This document shows positions 1 through 9,209 of a stretch of DNA of 48,574 bases, in pieces. Every line of letters starts with the position of its first letter. The first letter of the stretch is position 1. The stretch lies in the sequence record SRR31156797_2900; one strand, written 5' to 3'. The notes beneath the pieces were generated by a model, which saw nothing but the letters and a program-made list of their open reading frames with translations, searched no databases and had not been told where the DNA came from. The position numbers were made by a program, and so were the translations under genes.

Positions 1-1069
1 TGAAGGTATGCAGTTTGACCGTGGTTACCTATCACCATATTTCATTAACAACCAAGAAGCGGGTAGCGTAGACCTAGAAAACCCATTCATCTTATTGGTT
101 GATAAGAAAGTTTCAAACATTCGTGAACTACTACCTGTTCTAGAAAGCGTTGCTAAAGCGTCTCGTCCGCTACTTATCATCGCTGAAGATCTAGAAGGTG
201 AAGCTCTAGCGACGCTAGTTGTGAACAACATGCGTGGTATTGTGAAAGTTGCAGCGGTTAAAGCACCTGGTTTCGGTGACCGTCGTAAAGCAATGCTACA
301 AGATATCGCTATCCTAACTGGCGGTACTGTGATTTCTGAAGAGATCGGCCTTGAGCTAGAAAAAGCAGCTCTTGAAGATCTGGGTCAAGCTAAGCGCGTG
401 ACTATCACTAAAGAAAACACAACGATCATCGATGGTACGGGTGAAGAAGAGGCGATTAAAGGTCGTGTCACTCAAATTCGTCAACAAATCGAAGAAGCAA
501 CTTCAGACTACGACAAAGAGAAGCTACAAGAGCGCGTTGCTAAACTGGCAGGTGGTGTTGCAGTAATCAAAGTTGGCGCAGCAACTGAAGTTGAGATGAA
601 AGAGAAGAAAGACCGTGTTGAAGATGCACTTCACGCAACTCGCGCAGCGGTTGAAGAAGGTGTTGTTGCCGGTGGTGGTGTTGCACTCATCCGCGCAGCG
701 TCAATGCTGACTGAACTGACTGGCGACAACGAAGAGCAAAACGTCGGTATCCGCGTAGCACTTCGTGCAATGGAAGCGCCAATTCGTCAAATCGTTACGA
801 ATGCAGGTGACGAAGAGTCTGTGGTTGCAAACAACGTTAAAGGCGGTAAAGGTAACTACGGTTACAACGCGGCGACTGGCGTTTACGGCGATATGATCGA
901 AATGGGTATCCTAGACCCAACTAAAGTGACTCGCAGTGCACTTCAGTTCGCAGCCTCAGTTGCAGGTCTAATGATCACAACAGAAGCTATGGTTACAGAT
1001 CTACCTAAGCAAGATGCTCCAGCAATGCCTGATATGGGCGGCATGGGTGGCATGGGCGGTATGATGTAA
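1..1069 (+). CDS. groL: Chaperonin GroEL, 5'-truncated by the window edge
   Basis: Translation contains [45 protein letters not shown] and the C-terminal GGM tail. The frame is open from the window start; ATG at 8 is an internal Met. Confidence 0.99.
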   Translation, partial: EGMQFDRGYLSPYFINNQEAGSVDLENPFILLVDKKVSNIRELLPVLESVAKASRPLLIIAEDLEGEALATLVVNNMRGIVKVAAVKAPGFGDRRKAMLQDIAILTGGTVISEEIGLELEKAALEDLGQAKRVTITKENTTIIDGTGEEEAIKGRVTQIRQQIEEATSDYDKEKLQERVAKLAGGVAVIKVGAATEVEMKEKKDRVEDALHATRAAVEEGVVAGGGVALIRAASMLTELTGDNEEQNVGIRVALRAMEAPIRQIVTNAGDEESVVANNVKGGKGNYGYNAATGVYGDMIEMGILDPTKVTRSALQFAASVAGLMITTEAMVTDLPKQDAPAMPDMGGMGGMGGMM

Positions 1070-1115
1070 TCGACCTTGTCTATGTTAAATGTTTGTTTAA
1101 CATAAATAATTTAGC

Positions 1116-1150
1116 AAAGCAGAGTGTGTGAAAGCATACTCTGCTTTTTT
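1116..1150 (+). terminator. Rho-independent terminator of groEL
   Basis: AAAGCAGAGTGTGT-GAAA-GCATACTCTGCTTT hairpin (GNRA loop) followed by a T run. Confidence 0.85.
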
Positions 1151-1229
1151 GTTTTATAACATCTTATATTTTTATTCTAATCTCCCTTCTCAGCCTCTTT
1201 TTATCACAGATAGCTATTATTAGAACCTC

Positions 1230-1250
1230 AGTTATAACAGCGTTTCATAT
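1230..1250. promoter_or_regulatory. Putative KdgR-like operator (distal, weaker)
   Basis: AGTTATAAC-AGC-GTTTCATAT; the right half matches the KdgR consensus (AAATGAAAC-N3-GTTTCATTT) and the left half is degenerate. Confidence 0.4.
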
Positions 1251-1288
1251 GAGATTTAGTCGATGTTTTTGCTTACTTATTGGCCGAA

Positions 1289-1310
1289 AAATGAGATTTA
1301 TGGCATATAA
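1289..1310. promoter_or_regulatory. Putative CRP site upstream of the pectate lyase
   Basis: AAATGAGATTTATGGCATATAA = TGAGA-N6-GCATA, compared with consensus TGTGA-N6-TCACA. Confidence 0.35.
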
Positions 1311-1328
1311 ATAAAATGATACTCCCAA

Positions 1329-1353
1329 ATTTATAAAACGATGGTTTATAAAT
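1329..1353. promoter_or_regulatory. Putative KdgR operator (proximal)
   Basis: ATTTATAAAAC-GAT-GGTTTATAAAT, an 11-3-11 inverted repeat with one mismatch. It resembles the KdgR box and ends 39 bp upstream of a pectate lyase start codon. Confidence 0.6.
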
Positions 1354-1392
1354 GAATGTAGATAATAAAAACCCTACTAGGAGTACTCCTAA

Positions 1393-3015
1393 ATGAAAAA
1401 GACTTACCTTGCTGTTGCTATGGTTGCCGCTTTAGCTGGCTGTAGCAGTGTTTCAACTATTTCTGCTGATTCTTCTCAAGCCAGTGGCTGGGCGACGGTT
1501 GATGGTGCTGTAACCGGTGGCGAAGGCGCAAAATCTGAAAATATCTACATCGTTGAGAACCGTACACAGTTAATTGAAGCGTTATATGGCAGTGCTGATG
1601 CGAACCTGAATAACCCAGCGAGTGATGTGGCGAAAATCATCTACATCAAAGGCACCATTGATTTAACAGAAAATGCTGATGGTCAAACGATGACTGGCTC
1701 TGACTTCATGGCTCTATGTGAAGAAGAAACTGGCTACAGCGACTATGATACTTTCTATAACGATTACCGCGCGACTTATGATCCAGCGGTATGGAATAAG
1801 CAAGATTTAGCGAAGAATGGCCGTCCTCCAGTGGCTAGCGGACCGTTAGAAGATGCTCGCGATTGTTACCAAAAAGCGCAAGCGAATCACACAGTGCTTC
1901 GTGTTGGCTCTAATACTTCTATCCTAGGTGTTGGCTCGGATGCACATATCAAGTTCGGTACGCTGCGTTTGGGTACTGCGGGTAAAGATATGGTGAAGAA
2001 TATCGTGATTCGCAATATCGAGTTCTCTGATGCATTTGACTTCTTCCCTCAGTGGGATCCCAAAGATTCATTCCGTATTGATAAGAAAGAGTTTGGCACC
2101 GGTAACTGTAGTGCAACGTTCGTGAATGATGAAGTGAACCCATACGGCTGTACCACGGCTGTCGGCGGACGTTGGAACTCAGAATATGACCTGATTGCAA
2201 TTGATAACGCACAGCAAGTTTGGATTGACCACAACACATTCAGTGATGGTGAGCGTACTGATGATCAGTTCCCACCAGTATGGGCTGCACCATACAACAT
2301 CAAAGAGATGAAAATTCAGCATCACGATGGTTTGGTGGATATCACCAATGCGGCGACTAAGATCACTGTGTCGTATAACATCTTTAAAGATCACGACAAG
2401 ACTAACCTGTTAGGTGGTAGTGATAAGCCGAATGCGAAAATTGGTTACGGCCCTGGCTCAATTGATGTGACGTTCCACCACAATATCTGGGACAACACTG
2501 GTCAGCGTATGCCACGCCTGCGCTTCGGTCGTGTTCATACTTACAACAACTACTTCAACCTAAATGCAACTGCAGGTAAAGAAGCGGGCAAGTACGGCAT
2601 GATGGATGCGGTAATTCTGGGCACTGCTGCGAAAATTTACTCTGAAAACAACGTATTTGATATCAAGAATGATGGCGAAGGTACGTTTGAGCATAAGATC
2701 ATTGGTTACTACTCTCGTACTAAAAACGAAGACCGTTGTATTAAGACGGGTGATTTTGCAGAAGGCTCATGCAGCACTTACTTCTATGCTGATGGTACTT
2801 TGCTAAATGGTCAGGCTATTGACTTGAACGAAGTTGCAGTGCAAAACCAGGCATCTTCAAGCAGTAACGCTAAGTTGACGCTGCTTGACCCAAATGATGA
2901 AAACGCATTTTGGTTACCTACGCAGACTTATCAATACGAAGTTGATGCTGCGGAAACAGTAAAAGATAACCTGCTGACCAATGCAGGTGCTGGTAAGTTA
3001 GATATTAAACACTAA
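1393..3015 (+). CDS. Pectate lyase, polysaccharide lyase family 1 (parallel beta-helix), predicted lipoprotein
   Basis: PL1 motifs: VGSNTSILGVG, NIVIRNIEF, VWIDHNTF, HHDGLVDI, HDKTNLLG, VTFHHN, QRMPRLRFGRVHTYNNY. Lipobox LAG-C17. AGGAG RBS upstream. Confidence 0.92.
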   Translation: MKKTYLAVAMVAALAGCSSVSTISADSSQASGWATVDGAVTGGEGAKSENIYIVENRTQLIEALYGSADANLNNPASDVAKIIYIKGTIDLTENADGQTMTGSDFMALCEEETGYSDYDTFYNDYRATYDPAVWNKQDLAKNGRPPVASGPLEDARDCYQKAQANHTVLRVGSNTSILGVGSDAHIKFGTLRLGTAGKDMVKNIVIRNIEFSDAFDFFPQWDPKDSFRIDKKEFGTGNCSATFVNDEVNPYGCTTAVGGRWNSEYDLIAIDNAQQVWIDHNTFSDGERTDDQFPPVWAAPYNIKEMKIQHHDGLVDITNAATKITVSYNIFKDHDKTNLLGGSDKPNAKIGYGPGSIDVTFHHNIWDNTGQRMPRLRFGRVHTYNNYFNLNATAGKEAGKYGMMDAVILGTAAKIYSENNVFDIKNDGEGTFEHKIIGYYSRTKNEDRCIKTGDFAEGSCSTYFYADGTLLNGQAIDLNEVAVQNQASSSSNAKLTLLDPNDENAFWLPTQTYQYEVDAAETVKDNLLTNAGAGKLDIKH

Positions 3016-3032
3016 ACCCAGTCGATGAAGTG

Positions 3033-3064
3033 AAAGTGGATGCCTTTTGGCATCCACTTTTTTT
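3033..3064 (+). terminator. Rho-independent terminator of the pectate lyase gene
   Basis: AAAGTGGATGCC-TTTT-GGCATCCACTTT plus T run. Confidence 0.9.
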
Positions 3065-3156
3065 ATGTTTAGTCATCAAGTTTAGACCAAGGAATAACTA
3101 GAAATTACCGTACAACTTATGCACTATGACATCATCAATTTCCACGGAAGGTTATT

Positions 3157-4602
3157 ATGCAAGTTGAGCAGCTCAAACATAAAACGGAATCAGTTTCTCT
3201 CGCTATTGATAGTTGGCAGCTAGGGGCTGGAGAACATTGGGGAATGTTTTCCACTCACAGTCACGCTGCGTCTCTATTAGTCAGAGTGTTAAGTGGTGAG
3301 CTGGAACCTCAGCAAGGTGAAGTTTCAGGGATTCCTGAAAAAATCGCCTGTGTTTCTCTGCATGAGCAACAACGGTTACTCGACCTTGAACTGGAGAAAG
3401 ACGATACCGACTTTATGGACCGGATTGATTACGGATCTACGGTTGAAGAGTTGGTTAAAGAAACCGGTTGTGATGCACAGGAACTCGAGTGCTTATTAGA
3501 ACAAACCGATTTAGTTGCTATCCGTCAACGCGGTTTTCGCCAGCTTTCTACCGGAGAAACTCGCCGGGTAATGCTAGCAAGGGCGTTGGCCGTCAAACCG
3601 CAAATGATGATTCTGGATGAACCCTATTCAGGTTTGGATATCGCTCATCGTCAGCATTTGTCGGAGCTGTTAGCACAGTGTGCTCAAACCATTCAAATGA
3701 TCATCATCACTTCTCGTGAAGATGAACTGCCTCCTTTTGTTACCCACGTTGCTTTGTTTGATGAACAAAAACTCTCGCAGACATTGAGCCGTGATGAGTG
3801 GTTAAATCATCCGGTCATGGCGCAAATGGTCGCTTTATCAGAGCAGAAAAGTGATGCCATGCTAAAGCTACTACAAGCGCATCAATCTGAGCATCAATAC
3901 CCGAATCCTCTGGTAAAAATGAATGATGTGACGGTGGAATATGTTGATGCCAAAATCTTTTCTGGTGTGGACTGGCAAATTGAGCAAGGGCAGCACTGGC
4001 AGGTTCGTGGACCCAATGGCTGTGGAAAAAGTACACTGCTTGGGCTGATCCTTGGTGACCATCCTCAGTGCTACAGTAATGACGTTACTGTTCTGGGTAT
4101 GAAGCGGGGTAGTGGCGAGAGCATCTGGGATGTGAAGCGTCATATTGGTGTCGTTTCATCAGCGTTGCACCTTCAATATCGAGTGAATTGTACAGCTTTG
4201 GAAGTGTTGGTATCCGGCTTTTACGACTCCATTGGCTTGTATCAACAACCCAGTAAAAAAGAGATCGTTTTAGCTCGCGAGTGGTTACAATTGCTTGAAA
4301 TGGCGCAATTTGAAAAAGTGGGTTTCCGTAATTTGGACTATGGCCAGCAGCGGTTACTGTTAATCGGACGAGCCTTGATAAAACAGCCTGCGCTGTTGAT
4401 ATTGGATGAACCTTACCAAGGGCTGGATTTTCTCAACCGTAAGCTGGTGTTTAAAGCGTTGAACCGAATTGCTTCAGCAAACATCAGTCAGCTTTTGTAT
4501 GTGACTCATCATGAAGAAGACGCATTAGATGCGATTCATCATTTTGTGGATTTTGTGCCTGACGAAGGCGAAGGCTACCGCGTAAATATCTACTCACAGT
4601 AA
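3157..4602 (+). CDS. modF: ModF-like ABC ATP-binding protein with two ABC domains
   Basis: N-terminal domain has LSTGETRR and ILDEP with a degenerate Walker A. C-terminal domain has GPNGCGKST, GDHPQCYSND, YGQQRLLLIGRAL and LLILDEP, typical of ModF. Confidence 0.88.
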   Translation: MQVEQLKHKTESVSLAIDSWQLGAGEHWGMFSTHSHAASLLVRVLSGELEPQQGEVSGIPEKIACVSLHEQQRLLDLELEKDDTDFMDRIDYGSTVEELVKETGCDAQELECLLEQTDLVAIRQRGFRQLSTGETRRVMLARALAVKPQMMILDEPYSGLDIAHRQHLSELLAQCAQTIQMIIITSREDELPPFVTHVALFDEQKLSQTLSRDEWLNHPVMAQMVALSEQKSDAMLKLLQAHQSEHQYPNPLVKMNDVTVEYVDAKIFSGVDWQIEQGQHWQVRGPNGCGKSTLLGLILGDHPQCYSNDVTVLGMKRGSGESIWDVKRHIGVVSSALHLQYRVNCTALEVLVSGFYDSIGLYQQPSKKEIVLAREWLQLLEMAQFEKVGFRNLDYGQQRLLLIGRALIKQPALLILDEPYQGLDFLNRKLVFKALNRIASANISQLLYVTHHEEDALDAIHHFVDFVPDEGEGYRVNIYSQ

Positions 4603-4611
4603 ATAATGTAG

Positions 4612-4635
4612 AAAGCGTTGTGAAAACAACGCTTT
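4612..4635. terminator. Hairpin between convergent modF and the mgtC-family gene; probable bidirectional terminator
   Basis: AAAGCGTTG-TGAAAA-CAACGCTTT. Confidence 0.65.
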
Positions 4636-4652
4636 TCGTTAGCCGTTGGCGC

Positions 4653-5126
4653 TCAATGACGGCGACGCAATTTCTGATGCACACCTCGGCGCAGGCTGTG
4701 GAAGGTATTTTCTGCTTTATCAACGCCGTAAAGTACACTCAATGCGAATAACGTAATCACGACGGATTGAGTTAAATAGCCCAAACCAATCATTAAGCCA
4801 AGAGCGGCAAGTACCCAAATTACTGCCGCAGAAGTTACGCCGTGGATCTTGCCATCGAGAGTCATCATCACGCCCGCACCAAGAAAACCGACGCCAGTGA
4901 TAATCTGTCCAAGTACCCGAGCCTGATCTAATGTATTGGGTGAAAGAGAAACCGCCATCGCCATAAAAAAGTAGGTACCGGAAATAATCAGGATAGAAGT
5001 GCGGATACCAACGGGCTTACCTCGGGTTTGACGTTCAATACCGACTAATAATCCGTTAACGGTGCAACAGAGTAACGCAGTCCAGCTGAAAGGGCCGAGG
5101 TTAAGGATAGAATCTAAAGTGAACAT
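4653..5126 (-). CDS. MgtC/SapB family membrane protein (short form)
   Basis: VGIERQ..GKPVGIRT, ARVLGQIITGVGFLGAG, HGVTSAAVIW and ALGLMIGLGY are MgtC-family motifs. Confidence 0.9.
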   Translation of the reverse strand: MFTLDSILNLGPFSWTALLCCTVNGLLVGIERQTRGKPVGIRTSILIISGTYFFMAMAVSLSPNTLDQARVLGQIITGVGFLGAGVMMTLDGKIHGVTSAAVIWVLAALGLMIGLGYLTQSVVITLFALSVLYGVDKAENTFHSLRRGVHQKLRRRH

Positions 5127-5241
5127 GTTACTCTCAATGCATATAAGCGTGAAAAGCGCGCAGTATGCAGCGAATCTATCCTAGGATCGAATCAAAGGTT
5201 TTATGGGCTGGATAAGGATTATTTATTAAACCGCTTTTCCG

Positions 5242-6264
5242 TTACTCGAGATGCAAATCAAGTGGGGTTTTACTGCTACGCCCGCCGATTTCTCGAGTCA
5301 GTTTGGGCACCAAATAACCGGAGACTCGTTCGATTACTCCCGCCATAATGGTTTTTGCCGCTTGGTCATCAATGAAGAAATGCGCAGCACCCTGTACTTT
5401 GTCCAACACATGAATGTAGTAAGGCAGAATTCCTGCATCAAATAGCGTTTCACTCAAGTTAATCTGAGCTTCCACTGAGTCATTCACGCCTTTTAACATC
5501 ACGCCCTGATTAAGCAGAGTGACATTAATCGCCCGTAGCCTAGCCATTTGTTGCTTGAGCTCTAGGTTGATCTCGTTGGCGTGGTTAATGTGGGTCACCA
5601 GCACAACCTGCAGGCGCGTTTGTGCTAGTGTTTCTACCAGCTCATCAGTAATACGCGCAGGGATCACTACCGGTAAGCGTGAGTGAATTCTCAACCTTTT
5701 TATGTGCGAGATCGAAGCGATCTGTTCGATCAGCCAATGAAGCTCGTGATCTTTGGCCATCAATGGATCGCCACCGGATAGAATGACCTCATTTAACTCA
5801 GGATGCTGAGCAATGTAGTCGAGGCTTTTTTGCCAAACGGTTTTTGAGCCTTTGTTATCTTGGTAAGGGAAGTGACGACGAAAACAGTAACGACAGTTGA
5901 TCGCACAGCCACCTTTTACAATCAGCAGTGCTCGATTGCGGTATTTGTGCAGGAGTCCGGGAATATCATTGTTCTGTTCTTCTAATGGATCAACGGAGTA
6001 ACCGTCATGAACTTCAAACTCCTCGCTCAATGGCAGAACCTGACGTAGCAAAGGATCGTTCGGATTGCCTTTCTCCATTCTCTGGACAAAACTTTGTGGC
6101 ACTCGTTGAGCAAATAACTTGCGTGCAGCGAAGCCTTCCTGCCAAGGCGAGGGATCAATACCGAGTTGATTAAGCAATGTAACGGGATCTGAGACAGCAT
6201 TTGCTAGTTGTTTGATCCAGTTTTGCTCAACAGAATCGACTTTTCGGGTTATTATGTGCGGCAT
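5242..6264 (-). CDS. epmB: EF-P beta-lysylation protein EpmB (lysine 2,3-aminomutase-like radical SAM)
   Basis: [11 protein letters not shown] radical-SAM motif, [21 protein letters not shown]; divergent from efp. Start reassigned to MPHIITRK at 6264, because the ORF-track extension overlaps efp. Confidence 0.95.
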   Translation of the reverse strand: MPHIITRKVDSVEQNWIKQLANAVSDPVTLLNQLGIDPSPWQEGFAARKLFAQRVPQSFVQRMEKGNPNDPLLRQVLPLSEEFEVHDGYSVDPLEEQNNDIPGLLHKYRNRALLIVKGGCAINCRYCFRRHFPYQDNKGSKTVWQKSLDYIAQHPELNEVILSGGDPLMAKDHELHWLIEQIASISHIKRLRIHSRLPVVIPARITDELVETLAQTRLQVVLVTHINHANEINLELKQQMARLRAINVTLLNQGVMLKGVNDSVEAQINLSETLFDAGILPYYIHVLDKVQGAAHFFIDDQAAKTIMAGVIERVSGYLVPKLTREIGGRSSKTPLDLHLE

Positions 6265-6295
6265 TGAATTTAACTCGAAGAATGTAAGAGGAAAT

Positions 6296-6862
6296 ATGGC
6301 TACTGTTAGCACGAATGAATTTAAAGGCGGTCTTAAAATTATGCTTGATAATGAGCCTTGTGTCATTCTCGAAAACGAGTATGTAAAACCAGGCAAAGGT
6401 CAGGCTTTCAACCGTGTAAAAATCCGTAAATTGCTTTCTGGCAAAGTTCTAGAAAAGACATTCAAGTCTGGTGACTCTGTTGAAGTAGCTGATGTTTTGG
6501 ATATCGACCTAGATTATCTATATACAGACGGTGAATTCTACCACTTTATGAACAACGAAACGTTCGAACAAATTGCAGCGGACGTAGCAGCCGTTGGTGA
6601 TAACGCTAAGTGGTTGGTAGAAAACAACTCTTGTACTCTAACGCTTTGGAACGGTAATCCTATCTCAGTTACTCCGCAAAACTTTGTTGAGCTGGAAGTA
6701 ACAGAAACAGACCCTGGTTTGAAAGGTGATACTCAAGGTACAGGTGGTAAACCTGCAACACTATCAACTGGCGCAGTGGTTCGTGTTCCTCTGTTCATCC
6801 AGATCGGTGAAGTGGTAAAAGTTGATACTCGTAGCGCGGAATACGTTGGCCGAGTGAAGTAA
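6296..6862 (+). CDS. efp: Translation elongation factor P
   Basis: KPGKGQAF (modifiable Lys), PGLKGDT, VRVPLFI. Start MATVSTNEF with GAGG RBS; 188 aa. Confidence 0.99.
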   Translation: MATVSTNEFKGGLKIMLDNEPCVILENEYVKPGKGQAFNRVKIRKLLSGKVLEKTFKSGDSVEVADVLDIDLDYLYTDGEFYHFMNNETFEQIAADVAAVGDNAKWLVENNSCTLTLWNGNPISVTPQNFVELEVTETDPGLKGDTQGTGGKPATLSTGAVVRVPLFIQIGEVVKVDTRSAEYVGRVK

Positions 6863-6882
6863 AACTTCCATTGTTTGATGAG

Positions 6883-6912
6883 AAAACCGCCTATGATGGG
6901 CGGTTTTTTTTT
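6883..6912 (+). terminator. Rho-independent terminator of efp
   Basis: AAAACCGCC..GGCGGTTTT hairpin followed by a long T run. Confidence 0.9.
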
Positions 6913-7029
6913 GCTTAGAATTTCGACGGATAGCTCATTTAGCTGTCTTGATAGAAACCGTCTTTGCAACTTATGATCCTGCTTCAAATTTTTTGGAACT
7001 AATGTAACACTTTTGACGGGAATCATTGA

Positions 7030-7641
7030 ATGAATCGAGCGCTTCTTATTGCCACTTTTGGTATTACTACTGGCTTAAGCTTTTCTGTATCTGCACAAAA
7101 TATCGCTGATAGCGTTGAGTTAACGTTTGAACAACCTGATGCTAAATATTGCCAATTCCAAGGTGATCTAGGTAAAGTTTCTTTTGATCCAGAGTCAGGA
7201 CGACTATGGGCGTGCGGTAACGGAGGGTGGGTTTATTTTGAATCTCAATCAAACTCTCAATATCAATGCTTGAATGCACAGGCTGATGATAGCCAATACC
7301 CAGAGTGGAAACCGCGCCCGTGGAATGTGAAGAAAGGTCAGTACTATAAGGGCGAAGTGGTTCGTCATAAAGGCAAGCTTTATACGCCGAGTAACTCAGC
7401 GGTTTATGGTGGTGCTGCGCCGTCGAAAGCAACTTGGGACTGGCAAGTTCATGTAGCAGACAACCAGCTACCTCAGCTATGGGAGCCTTCACATGTTTAT
7501 CAACGTGGTGACCGAGTGGTACATATGGGAATTGAGTATGTTGCAACATCAAGCAACTCAAGTAAGTTACCGAATGATGAAGCGCAAAATTACCAACCAT
7601 GGAACTATGTCGGTCCGTTTAGTTGTCCAGCCAAAAGCTAA
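7030..7641 (+). CDS. Secreted protein with two CBM5/12 (chitin-binding type 3)-like repeats and no catalytic domain
   Basis: Sec signal peptide ending VSA/Q. Repeats W...YYKGEVVRHKGKLY...P....WDW and WEPSHVYQRGDRVVHMGIEYVA....P.......W fit the CBM5/12 pattern. Confidence 0.7.
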   Translation: MNRALLIATFGITTGLSFSVSAQNIADSVELTFEQPDAKYCQFQGDLGKVSFDPESGRLWACGNGGWVYFESQSNSQYQCLNAQADDSQYPEWKPRPWNVKKGQYYKGEVVRHKGKLYTPSNSAVYGGAAPSKATWDWQVHVADNQLPQLWEPSHVYQRGDRVVHMGIEYVATSSNSSKLPNDEAQNYQPWNYVGPFSCPAKS

Positions 7642-7643
7642 AT

Positions 7644-7675
7644 AAAAAAACCAGCGAGAGATCGCTGGTTTTTTT
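7644..7675. terminator. Bidirectional terminator between the CBM gene and frdD
   Basis: A7-CCAGCGA-GAGA-TCGCTGG-T7. Confidence 0.92.
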
Positions 7676-7694
7676 CTATGTTATTCGTAATGAA

Positions 7695-8057
7695 TTAGAG
7701 CATCACGATAAACACAACAGCTAATGCTGAAATGAAAGCCGCAAAGCCGTAGCAAGCAATTTTACCTACAACACCAGTGTGGAATTTCAAGTCATGCATA
7801 CCATGGTATACCCGGTGCATTGCATGCCACATAGGTAAAGCGAGTGTGCCTATGATAAACAGCGCACCAATAATGCTGGTTGCGAAATCAGTCACTCGCT
7901 CATAGCTCAGTGCTTCTGCATCAATGATACCTAGAGGTACAAGAATACCTAGTACGAAGATAGTTACCGGGGTAATCATCGCGAACCAACTACCGCCAGC
8001 ACCAAATAGACCCCACCATACCGGTTCATCTGAACGTTTTGGATTGGTATTAATCAC
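7695..8057 (-). CDS. frdD: Fumarate reductase subunit D
   Basis: [38 protein letters not shown] start at 8057 with AGGAG RBS. Confidence 0.95.
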   Translation of the reverse strand: MINTNPKRSDEPVWWGLFGAGGSWFAMITPVTIFVLGILVPLGIIDAEALSYERVTDFATSIIGALFIIGTLALPMWHAMHRVYHGMHDLKFHTGVVGKIACYGFAAFISALAVVFIVML

Positions 8058-8067
8058 AATAAGCTCC

Positions 8068-8451
8068 TTACACCACAATGAGAACAACGAGTGAAATGAA
8101 CGCAACCGCAGCCCATTGACTCAGTACGACGATTTTTTTATCCAGCTCTTTGCCTTTGATACGAATAGGCATCACCTGAGGGAACATGTTGAAAAACGTA
8201 TGAGCGTGGAACAAGCTACCCACTAGCGCAACGATATTAATTGCGATAACAATTGGGTTGGCCATGAAGCCAAGCCATGTATCCCATGCTTCCGGTCCTT
8301 TAACTAAAGCACCTAAGCCCACAGTTAGGAATAGGGTAAATAGGATCAGAGGCAAGATAGTTGCTTCACGTACCATGTAGAAACGGTAGAACGGATGATC
8401 TTTCCACCAAGTACGCTTCATCTCACGAACATAAGGTTTACGATTACTCAT
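8068..8451 (-). CDS. frdC: Fumarate reductase subunit C
   Basis: [11 protein letters not shown]....FYRFYMVRE; three hydrophobic segments; operon position. Confidence 0.97.
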   Translation of the reverse strand: MSNRKPYVREMKRTWWKDHPFYRFYMVREATILPLILFTLFLTVGLGALVKGPEAWDTWLGFMANPIVIAINIVALVGSLFHAHTFFNMFPQVMPIRIKGKELDKKIVVLSQWAAVAFISLVVLIVV

Positions 8452-8453
8452 CC

Positions 8454-9209
8454 TTAAGCCTCCTCTTGGTTTTTTGAGCCATCAGGCTTTAGCATCGCAA
8501 TAACAAAATCCATTGAGGATTCAACTTTGCCTTGGTTAACCGCAGCTGCTGGATCAACGTGTTTTGGACACACTTCAGAACAGTAACCGACAAAGGTACA
8601 ACCCCAAGCGCCGTTTTCCCCATTAATGAGTTTCATACGCTCGGCTTTACCGTTATCACGTGTATCCAAGTTATAGCGGTGTGCTAACGTTAATGCTGCT
8701 GGACCAATGAACTCTGGGTTGAGACCAAACTGAGGACAGGCCGCGTAACATAAACCACAGTTAATACAGCCAGCGAACTGTTTGTAGCGGGCCATTTGCT
8801 CTGGAGTTTGCTTGTTTGGACCATCTTCTGGCGTTCTGTCATTACCGATGATGTATGGCTTGATTGCTTCTAAACGCTCAATGAATGGCGTCATATCAAC
8901 AATCAAATCTTTTTCAATCGGGAAGTTGGCTAATGGCTCAATTTTGATGCCATCAGGGTAGTCTCGTAGGAAGCTCTTACAAGCCAGCTTCGGCACGCCA
9001 TTAACCATAATTCCGCAAGAACCACAGATAGCCATACGACATGACCAGCGATAAGAAAGCTCTTTGTCTAAGTGATCTTTCACATAGCCAATGGCATCAA
9101 GCACTGACATGGTTTCATCGAATGGTACTTCGAAGTTTTGTAGATACGGTTCGGCATCTTTAGCTGGGTCGTAACGTAGAATTTGTAACTTTTGAATGCG
9201 ATTAGCCAT
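8454..9209 (-). CDS. frdB: Fumarate reductase iron-sulfur subunit
   Basis: [35 protein letters not shown]. Start reassigned to MANRIQ at 9209, overlapping the frdA stop. Confidence 0.98.
   Translation of the reverse strand: MANRIQKLQILRYDPAKDAEPYLQNFEVPFDETMSVLDAIGYVKDHLDKELSYRWSCRMAICGSCGIMVNGVPKLACKSFLRDYPDGIKIEPLANFPIEKDLIVDMTPFIERLEAIKPYIIGNDRTPEDGPNKQTPEQMARYKQFAGCINCGLCYAACPQFGLNPEFIGPAALTLAHRYNLDTRDNGKAERMKLINGENGAWGCTFVGYCSEVCPKHVDPAAAVNQGKVESSMDFVIAMLKPDGSKNQEEA

Noticed and set aside
1033..1066. ATGGGC/GGT short tandem repeat
   Set aside because: It encodes the normal GGM tail of GroEL.
3157..3300. Missing Walker A in the first ABC domain of ModF as a sign of pseudogenisation
   Set aside because: The ORF is full length and uninterrupted and the second ABC domain is intact, so there is no evidence of decay.
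6212..6396. Apparent head-to-head overlap of epmB and efp in the ORF track
   Set aside because: This is an artefact of longest-ORF starts. The likely starts are 6264 (epmB) and 6296 (efp), 31 bp apart.
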